Source of the DNA: a virus
Taxonomy: Duplodnaviria > Caudoviricetes
Reading direction: 5' to 3' (one strand)
Length of the DNA stretch: 64,000 nucleotides
Virus record (IMG/VR): IMGVR_UViG_3300032327_000460
Coordinates: 8,422-72,421 of that record
Shown piece after piece: positions 29,029-38,259 of the stretch. Below the pieces are notes generated by a model. The model was not told the origin of the DNA. It made no database searches and saw only the letters and a program-made list of their open reading frames with translations. Each line of letters begins with the position of its first letter. Positions within the stretch are counted from its first letter, which is position 1. A program made the translations under genes and the position numbers.

Positions 29029-29163
29029 CTTTTTTCCTTGTTTTTATTATTTTTGAGTAAAAGATGTTTTTACTATTGATATTTATCAAAAAATGGGTTA
29101 ATAAAACTATGTAGATAACTATCTGCTAATAATGATTAGTGGTATTGCCACTATAAATATCAG

Positions 29164-29490
29164 ATGAAACAAACTATTATTATATTATTAATGGCGCTAG
29201 CATCTCCATTAATACATTCCAAAGAAACTGTGGTATCCGAAGAGATTGTGACTTTTGAAGCACCTTGCTATACTACAACTGAGTTGTTTAGTTCTTTAAA
29301 AGAATTGTACAAAGAATCACCTATTATAATAGGAAAAGCGACTGATGAAGCAGGATCCACGATGAGTTTTTGGATTAATCCAATAAAACTTAGTTGGACT
29401 ATTATTGCTACCAAGGGTAATTTAAGCTGTGTTATTGGATCCGGCACACATTTTAAAATTATGCCAAATAAAAAATCTTTAAGCCTATAA
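29164..29490 (+). CDS. exported hypothetical protein
   Basis: Signal peptide; TATAAATA at 29152-29159. Confidence 0.6.
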   Translation: MKQTIIILLMALASPLIHSKETVVSEEIVTFEAPCYTTTELFSSLKELYKESPIIIGKATDEAGSTMSFWINPIKLSWTIIATKGNLSCVIGSGTHFKIMPNKKSLSL

Positions 29491-29512
29491 TAGGCAATGA
29501 TTGGATAGAAGA

Positions 29513-30247
29513 ATGCTTAGAATTTTTATATTATCATGTCTCTTGCACTTTGGAGCACATGCACAAGTAGTACCACTTACCGCACAATCTTGGTTAGTAG
29601 CCGATAGTAACGGTAAAATATTAGATGGTAATAAAACTACCGATATTCGCAGTATAGCAAGTATTACTAAACTAATGACAGTTATGGTTGTGTTAGATGC
29701 AGAACAAAATCTAGATGAGGTTATTTCTACTAAACTTTATAATAAAAAATTATCTAGAAGGGAACTGATTAGCCTTGCTATAATCAAATCAGATAATCAA
29801 GCCGCAACTATTTTATGTCAAAAATATACAACAGGACTAAGCGGATGCATTCATGCAATGAATGACAAAGCCAAGTCGCTGGAAATGTATGATACAAAAT
29901 ATCTTGAACCCACTGGATTAAGTGTGTTTAATGTTAGTACCGCAGAAGATTTAGTTAAACTTGTAATTGCCGCAAGCAAGTATCAAATTATAAATGAAGA
30001 TAGTAATAAAGATATTATCAAAATGGCAATTAATAAAAAGAAAACTGCACTATTTCACAACACTAATAGTTTAGTTGGACATGGTCATAGATTTATTGTT
30101 AGTAAAACCGGATGGATCAATAAGAGCGGTGGCTGTATCGTAATGATGTTAACCACTGAACGTGGTATACGAACAGTGATTTTATTGGGTAGCAAGAATA
30201 CAAAGACTCGTATTCCTGAAGCTAAAATGATTGCACTAGCTTATTAA
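29513..30247 (+). CDS. peptidase S11 D-Ala-D-Ala carboxy/endopeptidase (PBP7-like)
   Basis: Signal peptide; SITK (SxxK), SDN (SxN) and KTG motifs. Confidence 0.9.
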   Translation: MLRIFILSCLLHFGAHAQVVPLTAQSWLVADSNGKILDGNKTTDIRSIASITKLMTVMVVLDAEQNLDEVISTKLYNKKLSRRELISLAIIKSDNQAATILCQKYTTGLSGCIHAMNDKAKSLEMYDTKYLEPTGLSVFNVSTAEDLVKLVIAASKYQIINEDSNKDIIKMAINKKKTALFHNTNSLVGHGHRFIVSKTGWINKSGGCIVMMLTTERGIRTVILLGSKNTKTRIPEAKMIALAY

Positions 30248-30526
30248 TTTTTTATATTTACTAGCATCCTGTTTAGGAATGTAATCGATTCCGGGTACAG
30301 GACTGAAATCTTTAATATAGTCTTGTCTCATGTCATCGCCGTATTTTAATGTTAGTAGACTAAAGGCTTGATTGTTCTTTTCATTGTCTTCGATTCCAAT
30401 CGTCAACCATTGATACCGATGAATCTTCTCATCGATTAATTTTTTAATACTTACATCATTTAGTATGTCATCAAAATTATTATCTTCACGGTAAAATGTA
30501 TATAGTTTTGTCATTATTTTTTCCAC
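30236..30526 (-). CDS. hypothetical protein
   Basis: ORF track. Confidence 0.5.
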   Translation of the reverse strand: MEKIMTKLYTFYREDNNFDDILNDVSIKKLIDEKIHRYQWLTIGIEDNEKNNQAFSLLTLKYGDDMRQDYIKDFSPVPGIDYIPKQDASKYKKLIS

Positions 30527-30714
30527 AATATAAAATTAATGTAATCAGGTTCAGTTTCAAAATAGAAATCATATAACCCACCATCCTGTCCGGCGGGTAC
30601 TAGACAGTCATACCCCCAATCATTATCACAGTTTCTAGTACACCATTCAATGACTGGTTTTAATTGACCGTAGCCAATTATTATTTCAGTTTTGTACTGT
30701 GTATCTGGTGACAC
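30514..30714 (-). CDS. hypothetical protein
   Basis: ORF track. Confidence 0.55.
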   Translation of the reverse strand: MSPDTQYKTEIIIGYGQLKPVIEWCTRNCDNDWGYDCLVPAGQDGGLYDFYFETEPDYINFILWKK

Positions 30715-31186
30715 TCACGCCGCCCTTTTCTAAGAATTCTATACCAGCATCATCTTTATATGTGTCACGGTAAAATATACTTTTAATACCTGATTGAAAG
30801 ATTGCCTTAGCACAATGAATACACGGAGCAGTTGTTACAAATAATGTAGCACTCTCGCTAGATTCTGTACTACCAGACACCTTAGAAATGGCGTTCATCT
30901 CCGCGTGAAGGACCTCATCTTTAGTAACTAACCTATACCTGCGATTACTTTCAACTATAGGATCATATTCCTCTAGAGGGTATAATTGTCCATTCCAATT
31001 GTCTCCGGGCATGTATTCTTTATATTCACATTCGTTGGTCCACCCTGTTGGCATACCGTTGTAACCATAACTAAGAATACGATTCTCTTTTACAATCACA
31101 GCCCCTACTTGCCTACGAATTGCAGTAGATAGCTTGCTGGTACGTTCCGCAACGTCCATATAATAGTCAATAAATTTTTGTTTCAT
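30686..31186 (-). CDS. dCMP deaminase (cytidine deaminase fold)
   Basis: GYNGMP, HAE, APCIHCAK zinc ligands. Confidence 0.9.
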   Translation of the reverse strand: MKQKFIDYYMDVAERTSKLSTAIRRQVGAVIVKENRILSYGYNGMPTGWTNECEYKEYMPGDNWNGQLYPLEEYDPIVESNRRYRLVTKDEVLHAEMNAISKVSGSTESSESATLFVTTAPCIHCAKAIFQSGIKSIFYRDTYKDDAGIEFLEKGGVSVTRYTVQN

Positions 31187-31422
31187 CTTACGTAGAATTT
31201 TTTAATATGTGCTTTTGCTGAATGATCGGGTAAGATACTCAGTACATAGTTTGGTTCGTCATACTTTTTGCAAAAAGCTTCACCTAATTTAAGTTCACCT
31301 TTAATCTGTTCAAATAGAAATTCTTTGCAAAAATTGTCAAACTCTTGTCTAGTAATTTTAAAATCTTTTTTACCTTTACCTAAAGTTTGTAAGTCTAGTT
31401 GTTTTACCATTTTATCAAACAT
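31183..31422 (-). CDS. hypothetical protein
   Basis: Start trimmed to ATG 31422 just after upstream stop. Confidence 0.5.
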   Translation of the reverse strand: MFDKMVKQLDLQTLGKGKKDFKITRQEFDNFCKEFLFEQIKGELKLGEAFCKKYDEPNYVLSILPDHSAKAHIKKFYVR

Positions 31423-31423
31423 A

Positions 31424-31963
31424 TTAATCCCACAAACTACGATAGTATTTGCCAAACAATTCAAGACCTTCTTGGATACGTTCCTCATGTAACTGATGCC
31501 CCTCACTATCATACCAATGTGCATCGGGATTTTTGTCAACCATTTGAAAAGTTTCTTCTACTTTACCTGTGATTGGATTGGGGAAAGTTTTATCAGTTTT
31601 TATCCAATCATATTCACTTGTACCATGATGATATTTGTCATTGTAATCGTCATGTGAAAGTTGATAAAATGCCCAAATCATTTTATCTAGTATCTCATCC
31701 CATTTTTTACTAGCCTCAGTCCAAGATTCATCGTGTGATTCTTTATAGAAGTCAAAGCTACGTTGACTATTCCATTCTTCTCCACCAACGCTGTCTACGA
31801 TTTCCCCTGGCACACCATGCTTTGTTTCTTTAAGTTGAATCAACGCTGGGTATATGATCATAGCAAGGGTGTGATCTAGACTCCAAGTATCAAACCTATC
31901 AATACGAATATCAATTTTTCTACGACTTCCCTTTTTAGGGAAAGAACCTATTTTAACTTTCAT
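31424..31963 (-). CDS. hypothetical protein
   Basis: DTWSLDHTLA...WDEILDKMIWAF...GKYYRSLWD. Confidence 0.6.
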   Translation of the reverse strand: MKVKIGSFPKKGSRRKIDIRIDRFDTWSLDHTLAMIIYPALIQLKETKHGVPGEIVDSVGGEEWNSQRSFDFYKESHDESWTEASKKWDEILDKMIWAFYQLSHDDYNDKYHHGTSEYDWIKTDKTFPNPITGKVEETFQMVDKNPDAHWYDSEGHQLHEERIQEGLELFGKYYRSLWD

Positions 31964-32325
31964 TTTAATACTTCTTTTTCGGATTTAACAATACCATCAA
32001 CAAACGCATAAACTTCTTTGTCTATCATAACTGCGGCATATTTGATATTTTTATATTTTTGTGCAAGAGTAGCCAATTCTTCTAAAGTAGAACCTTGACA
32101 AATAAAATTATCAGTATCTCTTTCAAAGAGGTATAAAATGTTATTTGATTTCTCTACAAAAAGTTGAGCAACATCTAGTTTTTCTAATTCAGGATCTGTT
32201 TCTTTAAGCACACCCCGACGTTTTGCTTCTTTATATATTAAATCCCGCAAACGATATGCAATAACAGACACACCAAATTGGTAACCTACCCAAAATATAA
32301 AACCAATAAATATAAGTTCTAACAT
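31960..32325 (-). CDS. hypothetical protein with N-terminal TM segment
   Basis: ORF track. Confidence 0.55.
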   Translation of the reverse strand: MLELIFIGFIFWVGYQFGVSVIAYRLRDLIYKEAKRRGVLKETDPELEKLDVAQLFVEKSNNILYLFERDTDNFICQGSTLEELATLAQKYKNIKYAAVMIDKEVYAFVDGIVKSEKEVLK

Positions 32326-32331
32326 AGTTTT

Positions 32332-32613
32332 TTATTTATTAATTTTTAAATTAGACCATTGTTTTAATTTTTCAAATTTAGCTTTCTTAGCCTCTTTAAG
32401 ACCTTGAACAGTAACACCAACTTTATTATCAACTAGTAATTCAATCATTGCTTGTAAGTCACCAAGTTCTTTTTGCAATCGTTGAATGTTAGTAACGTCA
32501 ACTCCTGCCATCATTTGATCTGGACCAAATCTAAAACACTTGCTAACCTCTACAATAACTTCTGCACATTCTTCTTGTAGAATAATTAATATCTCTTTTG
32601 TATCTTCGTTCAT
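32332..32613 (-). CDS. MazG-like NTP pyrophosphohydrolase
   Basis: LQEECAEVI...KELGDL acidic metal-binding helices. Confidence 0.65.
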   Translation of the reverse strand: MNEDTKEILIILQEECAEVIVEVSKCFRFGPDQMMAGVDVTNIQRLQKELGDLQAMIELLVDNKVGVTVQGLKEAKKAKFEKLKQWSNLKINK

Positions 32614-33141
32614 TTAATCTCTCTTTTTATTTGCCATTTGTGAAATTTTAGGTTCAATGTATTGTTTGTGATATTCTTTATAGTTGTTCAAATATGTTTC
32701 CCATTGAATCCAGCGATTTTTTCCAGATCTGGTATTAGTTAAAAAACCCCAATCTCGTTGCTGAGGTCCCATAAAGAATAATGTAGTTGCTGATTTACCT
32801 TCTTCAAGTTCAAGCCAATGATAATCACCTGCACTGCGTTTGATAACAGAACCGGGACCTCGCCAAGTTTGAAATTCAGTAAACATATTTCCGTTGTTAT
32901 CAAAGACGGGAGTATGTTCCCAATAACCGCCTTTAAGTACTACTGTTAGATAGGGCCAGGGATGATCGTGCATAATAGGATCATCACTACGCACAATTTT
33001 ATGCAATGTGACATTAAAGGGGAACCAACTACGATCTTTCAAAAATAGATAGTACCTATGCATATAATCACTACCTGTTCTACGATCAGGAATCAAACGA
33101 TACCGACCTAGCTTGTTCATTACTTTGTGAAAGAAACTCAT
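32614..33141 (-). CDS. cupin-fold protein
   Basis: LHKIVRSDDPIMHDHPWPYLTVVLKGGYWE...YHWLEL. Confidence 0.65.
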   Translation of the reverse strand: MSFFHKVMNKLGRYRLIPDRRTGSDYMHRYYLFLKDRSWFPFNVTLHKIVRSDDPIMHDHPWPYLTVVLKGGYWEHTPVFDNNGNMFTEFQTWRGPGSVIKRSAGDYHWLELEEGKSATTLFFMGPQQRDWGFLTNTRSGKNRWIQWETYLNNYKEYHKQYIEPKISQMANKKRD

Positions 33142-33215
33142 TGATTGCTCCTATAGAAATTGCGTATACACTATTATAGCACACTTTTGAATTAAATGCA
33201 AGTGATAGATATAGG

Positions 33216-33235
33216 AAAAGGGCACGAATGCCCTT
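33216..33235 (-). terminator. rho-independent terminator
   Basis: AAGGGCA-TTCG-TGCCCTTTT on minus strand. Confidence 0.7.
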
Positions 33236-33253
33236 CAGTTTAATCATTAAAGA

Positions 33254-33514
33254 TTAAACTAGACCCATTGCCATAGCCTTGTAACCTGCGGCTACAACTG
33301 CACGGGTTGGGGTACCCAAACGATACTTAGTGAAAGTCTCACCACGCTTGTTTGTACGCTTGTTAGCGTAAACAGCAAAACCACCGCGGATGCGAAGGTC
33401 GCTTACGGTTGCTGTTGGATTAGCAATACCGAAACGGCTAGTGATTTGCTTTGCGGTAAGTTGCTCACCGTTCTGAAGTGCCTTCAACAAGGCTGTTTGC
33501 TTAGTTGCGTTCAT
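33254..33514 (-). CDS. winged HTH-like protein
   Basis: LQNGEQLTAKQITSRFGIANPTATVSDLR; start trimmed to ATG 33514. Confidence 0.55.
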   Translation of the reverse strand: MNATKQTALLKALQNGEQLTAKQITSRFGIANPTATVSDLRIRGGFAVYANKRTNKRGETFTKYRLGTPTRAVVAAGYKAMAMGLV

Positions 33515-33610
33515 TTTATTTTCCTTTAAAATTTCATTGTTCGCACAATGTAGATAGATTATACGATAGATTTTACTATTGAACAATACATTCTGGATAC
33601 CTTGTTTCAC

Positions 33611-34453
33611 TTAGATATCCAAAAACTTTAACTCAAACACATCGGCTTGAGGATCGTGTCCTTTATATCCACGAGGATTACACACCACTCTGGTTGTACC
33701 AATCATGTAGTCAAATGGGTCATGGGTATGTCCATGTGTCCAAAGGACAATTTGCGGGTTATCCAAAATCATTTCACTTAGGTCGCTACGATAAGCACCG
33801 TTCATTAGTGTTTCATTCATAAATCGTGGATGAGTACTCATTGCAGAAGGACCATGATGTCCTACAAACACAACCTTACGATCCTTCATGTCAGGAAGTA
33901 TTGCTTTCAAGTATGCAAGTGTTTGTTGGTGACGATACATTGTATGTGCAGGACGTAATTTGGTGAATTCAAGTTCATCATTGCGAATAACACGATAGTC
34001 GTTCATCATATCAGTCAATGCATGTAATGTAAGTGGATCACCTTTATTACAATCAGTCCACAATGTAGCACCAATAAAGGACACTTCATTGATTACCTTA
34101 ACATCACGTTCCAAAAAGTAAACATTAGGAAACTTGCCACATTCTTCACGCAAGTGTGTGAGACTTTCTTTCCAAGTACCATGATAAAACTCGTGGTTGC
34201 CTGCAACATAAACCACATGTGGGAATTCAGTACTGCAATGTTTCAAAAAGTCACGGAATCGTTGGGCCGTTTCTTGTCGGCGAGTGAGACTGTCAATCAT
34301 GGCCGCAACACGAACCTTTTCCGCAGGATGATCGTGTAGATCCTGTGCAATCATAATGTCACCTGAGAGTATAAGGACTTCTGCGCCCTCAGTGTTCTTA
34401 AGAGTGATGTCTGAGAATTCCAAATGTAAATCCGACGCCAATGCTACTTTCAT
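33611..34453 (-). CDS. calcineurin-like metallophosphoesterase
   Basis: DLHLE, GDI, GNHE, HHGP, GHTH motifs intact. Confidence 0.85.
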   Translation of the reverse strand: MKVALASDLHLEFSDITLKNTEGAEVLILSGDIMIAQDLHDHPAEKVRVAAMIDSLTRRQETAQRFRDFLKHCSTEFPHVVYVAGNHEFYHGTWKESLTHLREECGKFPNVYFLERDVKVINEVSFIGATLWTDCNKGDPLTLHALTDMMNDYRVIRNDELEFTKLRPAHTMYRHQQTLAYLKAILPDMKDRKVVFVGHHGPSAMSTHPRFMNETLMNGAYRSDLSEMILDNPQIVLWTHGHTHDPFDYMIGTTRVVCNPRGYKGHDPQADVFELKFLDI

Positions 34454-34592
34454 AACTTTTTTATTTTGTCAATTAGTTCATTAGCTTCTTTATACTGACT
34501 TTCTTTTAGAATCATATCCATGTAATTATCAACCATTCGTTCCCACTCGGGGTAGTTTTGTGTCCACTTAATAGTGTACAATTCTTTATCAT

Positions 34593-34922
34593 TCATGTCA
34601 ACTCCATAATATGTTTGCAACTACCACGATACACGTATCCTGGGCACGTGCAAGTTTTGTCTTCGGTATCGATAGAATAGATATTACCTTTACTACCGGA
34701 CACTTTGATGATTGTACTCTTTTTTTTTAAGAACTTGAAAGGATTTGGCTTAACTGGAGCAAACTTACGACCACGCTTGTCAATTGTGATCGGTTTTTTG
34801 AAGTAGATAGGAGTAGTAGAACCAACCTTGATGTACGCAACCATTTTTGTTCCGTCAAGCAAGTATGTATGATTAGCATTGTTACTATCATTCCAAACTG
34901 TTGTTTCTACTACTGCTTCCAT
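34593..34922 (-). CDS. SWIM zinc-finger protein
   Basis: CTCPGYVYRGSCKH (CxC...CxH). Confidence 0.75.
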   Translation of the reverse strand: MEAVVETTVWNDSNNANHTYLLDGTKMVAYIKVGSTTPIYFKKPITIDKRGRKFAPVKPNPFKFLKKKSTIIKVSGSKGNIYSIDTEDKTCTCPGYVYRGSCKHIMELT

Positions 34923-34923
34923 A

Positions 34924-35397
34924 TTAAGCCACCTCTGCTTCTAATTCTTTAGCAAATGCTTCTGCCAACAAAACAAACTCACCACCATGATCGGACACAA
35001 ACCATGTAGCAACACCATTTACATTTCGCAAAATGTAATCGTATTCTTCAGATTGACCATTGGCTCTGTAGTCTGCAAAGTCCTTGAAGTAATTTGCATC
35101 AGATTGACCTTCACCGCGGTCACGACCATAGAATGTACACATGTTACCATACAGTTTGTAGAATTCATCCGAGGTCATACCTTCAACATCATAGTGACTA
35201 AAGGGATGCTTTGTACCAATTGTTGTACGCAAACTAGACAAACCACCGAGGTCAATAAGTTCACGCAAGATGAAGGGGTTAGAATAGTTCTCAAGCAGGA
35301 TCTTGCCGTTGTGAACCAAGTAACCATCCCAGTGACAGTACACTTGACCAATAGTACCATCAGCGAATTCCAGAGCGATTGTAGAACGAGTTGCCAT
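34924..35397 (-). CDS. conserved phage hypothetical early protein
   Basis: MATRS...VYCHWDGY; behind promoter cassette. Confidence 0.65.
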   Translation of the reverse strand: MATRSTIALEFADGTIGQVYCHWDGYLVHNGKILLENYSNPFILRELIDLGGLSSLRTTIGTKHPFSHYDVEGMTSDEFYKLYGNMCTFYGRDRGEGQSDANYFKDFADYRANGQSEEYDYILRNVNGVATWFVSDHGGEFVLLAEAFAKELEAEVA

Positions 35398-35459
35398 TTT
35401 TAAGTCCTTTATTTAACTGTTTAAGATTCTATTATATACCCAAACTGATTTATTGTCAA
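35398..35459 (-). repeat. conserved early promoter plus RBS cassette, copy C
   Basis: TTGACA 35454-35459, TATAAT 35431-35436; matches copy B. Confidence 0.9.
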
Positions 35460-35466
35460 ATTTTGG

Positions 35467-36885
35467 TTACTTTTTAGGTGCAAATTTCTTCAATTGGGAT
35501 GTAGTGAATTTTTGTGCAAGATAGACACCCCGAGTTCCATTTCGAACAAATTGAATGCCTGTTAAGGTAGTATCAGTTTTAGATACCGGAATAATTGCAC
35601 CCACTTGATTATTAATCAATAATTGAGGAAACATAGTTTTGCCTTCAACCAAAGTAAATTTACCAGTACCATCATTTATAAAAAATGTTGTACCCCAATT
35701 TTCTTCCTTAGTAGAAAAATAATGACCGATAATATCCATTTTACCATCTGAATTAATATCATATGGAATCAAATTAAAATAATATCTATAACCAAAGTTA
35801 TTGGATAATGATTGATCAGTTAATGAAAACTTATATCCATCATTATTAATTAATACTGAAAAGGCAGAATCTTCAGATGTTGTATTATTCGGAGGTGTTG
35901 ATACTATGTGAGTATGTACTGAAAAAATATCCGGTTTTCCGTCATTATTTAAATCAACTGATATTGAATTTACCTCACTACTGTGAATTATCTGGGTAGA
36001 CCTGAGATTAGGAAAGTCAAATCCACCTTGTCCAAATGGTCCTGCAGGCAATGTATTAAGTGTATTGATATCTAGACCATTTTTTGAACCATAAACTATG
36101 GCATGATTTCTACCAGTCCAATTACCACTGATTAATAAATCATCATATCCATCATTATTAAAATCCCTATTAATCATTGATGTTTGTTTTTCTAAACTAT
36201 TCTTTACCCATGTGCTTATAGGGTTGGGTGAAGTTTGAACCCCGTTGGTAAATGATAACAGCATAGAAGTGCCCGGAACTACATTGCTTGCTTGTGCGGG
36301 CAATAATACTTTTGTAACACCGGTGCCATCAAAATTACCTACAGCAATTGCATAGGATCTAGATGTATTATCAGGTAATTGATTAGTGATATTGGTAAAT
36401 GTATTACCGTTGTTTATTGCCACACCGATTTTTGAACCAGTCCAGGGTGGTTCATCTAATCCAGCTTCGGCAGCAATGATATCTTTTTTACCATCACCAT
36501 TAATATCCACATAATGTATCCATGGTGAGTGCATAACAGTAGGTGCACCATTGGGGAAATATTGATTAGTTAAATCCAATGAACCTGATTGATCGCCTAA
36601 TACCGATAAAGGAATGGGTACTTGTGGATATGAAGTTACGGATAAAACAAATTCATTTTTACCGTCATTGTTTAAGTCTGCCAATTCACCGGATCTAAGA
36701 TAATAAGCATTGTTAGCCCCATAAATGCTATAGTCAAATAATGATCTAGTAGAAGTAACAACATCATTAATAAACGGTGAAGTATCAACAACATTATCTG
36801 ATGGCGAAGTAGTGCCACCTCCACCGCCACATCCAGTAATTAATACTGAGATGGCAATATATATGGCTCTTAATTTATAGGTCAT
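35467..36885 (-). CDS. FG-GAP/VCBS-repeat (beta-propeller) lipoprotein
   Basis: Lipobox LITGC; repeats DLNNDGKNE, DINGDGKKD, DFNNDGYDD, DLNNDGKPD, DINSDGKMD. Confidence 0.8.
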   Translation of the reverse strand: MTYKLRAIYIAISVLITGCGGGGGTTSPSDNVVDTSPFINDVVTSTRSLFDYSIYGANNAYYLRSGELADLNNDGKNEFVLSVTSYPQVPIPLSVLGDQSGSLDLTNQYFPNGAPTVMHSPWIHYVDINGDGKKDIIAAEAGLDEPPWTGSKIGVAINNGNTFTNITNQLPDNTSRSYAIAVGNFDGTGVTKVLLPAQASNVVPGTSMLLSFTNGVQTSPNPISTWVKNSLEKQTSMINRDFNNDGYDDLLISGNWTGRNHAIVYGSKNGLDINTLNTLPAGPFGQGGFDFPNLRSTQIIHSSEVNSISVDLNNDGKPDIFSVHTHIVSTPPNNTTSEDSAFSVLINNDGYKFSLTDQSLSNNFGYRYYFNLIPYDINSDGKMDIIGHYFSTKEENWGTTFFINDGTGKFTLVEGKTMFPQLLINNQVGAIIPVSKTDTTLTGIQFVRNGTRGVYLAQKFTTSQLKKFAPKK

Positions 36886-36894
36886 TGTTAATCC

Positions 36895-37173
36895 TTATAT
36901 CAAGTCAACTTGGACTTGTTTGCCACGAATAGTAGCACCGAGACCAACTGGAGTGGGCTCATTGAATACTTTAGCATTATAACGCATATGAGCCAGTTTA
37001 ATCATAGCCTCCCAGCAAACGGTGCGGGCGGTTGTAGTAGCAAACATTTCTGTCATTTGCTGGATTGTCATATACATACCAATATCGTTTTCGGAACCGT
37101 CACCCTTGAAAATGACACGGAATTTTTGAGAATTTTTGAAGCCATCGATGATAGTTTTTGTACGCATTTTCAA
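36895..37173 (-). CDS. hypothetical early protein
   Basis: Promoter TTGACA 37223-37228 / TACAAT 37200-37205 and AAGGAC RBS. Confidence 0.6.
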   Translation of the reverse strand: MKMRTKTIIDGFKNSQKFRVIFKGDGSENDIGMYMTIQQMTEMFATTTARTVCWEAMIKLAHMRYNAKVFNEPTPVGLGATIRGKQVQVDLI

Positions 37174-37183
37174 GTCCTTTTCT

Positions 37184-37405
37184 TTACTGTCTAGATTCTA
37201 TTGTAACAGAAACACCATTTATTGTCAAATTTTGGTCAAGTTTAATGTCTTCAACGTCTATTTCAACTTCCACGTCGGAGATGACATTGCTAAGGTTGGT
37301 GGACATATCAAAAGCCTCGTCCGCATCACCATAAATTTCTTCGATCAGGTCCTGCGCTTCGTTGAGCAAACCTAACAGTTCCTGGAGTTTTTCAACTTTA
37401 GTCAT
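37184..37405 (-). CDS. acidic hypothetical protein
   Basis: ORF track; its 3' end contains the next promoter. Confidence 0.5.
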   Translation of the reverse strand: MTKVEKLQELLGLLNEAQDLIEEIYGDADEAFDMSTNLSNVISDVEVEIDVEDIKLDQNLTINGVSVTIESRQ

Positions 37406-37418
37406 TTAGTATTACCTT

Positions 37419-37634
37419 TTAGATGTAGAATTCAGTATCAAAATTTAAAGCGGTATAGACACATTCACGGACTGCGGTGTCCGTAGCCTCGCCAAAGTCT
37501 TCGGGGAAACGGTCAGTCAAACTACGGAGTTCAGCAAGAGTTTTGGGCCAGTCTAAATTGAGTACTTTTGCACTACGCACAATTGCTTCAACTGCATCGT
37601 TACCAAAATCTGTGAACATTGAGTAGTTTGCCAT
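37419..37634 (-). CDS. hypothetical early protein
   Basis: Promoter TTGACA 37691-37696 / TATAAT 37668-37673. Confidence 0.6.
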   Translation of the reverse strand: MANYSMFTDFGNDAVEAIVRSAKVLNLDWPKTLAELRSLTDRFPEDFGEATDTAVRECVYTALNFDTEFYI

Positions 37635-37692
37635 TTTGTAGTCCTTTAGTTAACTGTCTATGTAATGATTATATACCCAAAACCATTTATTG

Positions 37693-37908
37693 TCAAATTT
37701 TGGCGTATTCGGGAACCGTTGATTCACGGGCGGCCAAAATGATATCACGGACACGTTCACGGTCTACGCTATCACCACAGAACTCCTCACCCTCGGCCAG
37801 ACGACCTTTATAAAGTTGAGTAGCAAGACTAATTTGGGTACTATTAAAGCCCAACGGATAGATACCATTTGGACCGTAAAAATCAAGCATATATTGTGTG
37901 AAATTCAT
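37693..37908 (-). CDS. hypothetical early protein
   Basis: Start trimmed to 37908; promoter TTGACA 37960-37965 / TATAAT 37937-37942. Confidence 0.6.
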   Translation of the reverse strand: MNFTQYMLDFYGPNGIYPLGFNSTQISLATQLYKGRLAEGEEFCGDSVDRERVRDIILAARESTVPEYAKI

Positions 37909-37967
37909 ATAATCCCTTTCAACTGAATAAGACTCTATTATATACCCAAAATCATTTATTGTCAAAT

Positions 37968-38204
37968 TTAGGCTACTTTTTGATCCATCATTTCTGACAG
38001 GATGAACTTGGCAACGTTCATTTGTTTACGAACGTATTCAACTGAACGAGGGCCGGTGCCCATAGACAGCATTTCTTGGCAGTCACTCATGATTCCCATC
38101 ACAACCATTTCAAGACCAGAACACTTAGCAGTAATACTTTCCATGTACTGTTCACGGATATCAGACTCAGACATACCATAGCACTTGTTTTCAAATTCAG
38201 TCAT
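37968..38204 (-). CDS. hypothetical early protein
   Basis: Start trimmed to 38204; promoter TTGACA 38258-38263 / TATAAT 38235-38240. Confidence 0.6.
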   Translation of the reverse strand: MTEFENKCYGMSESDIREQYMESITAKCSGLEMVVMGIMSDCQEMLSMGTGPRSVEYVRKQMNVAKFILSEMMDQKVA

Positions 38205-38259
38205 TTCAGTTCCTTTTATCAATACAATACATGTATTATAAGCCCAAAACGATTTAATG

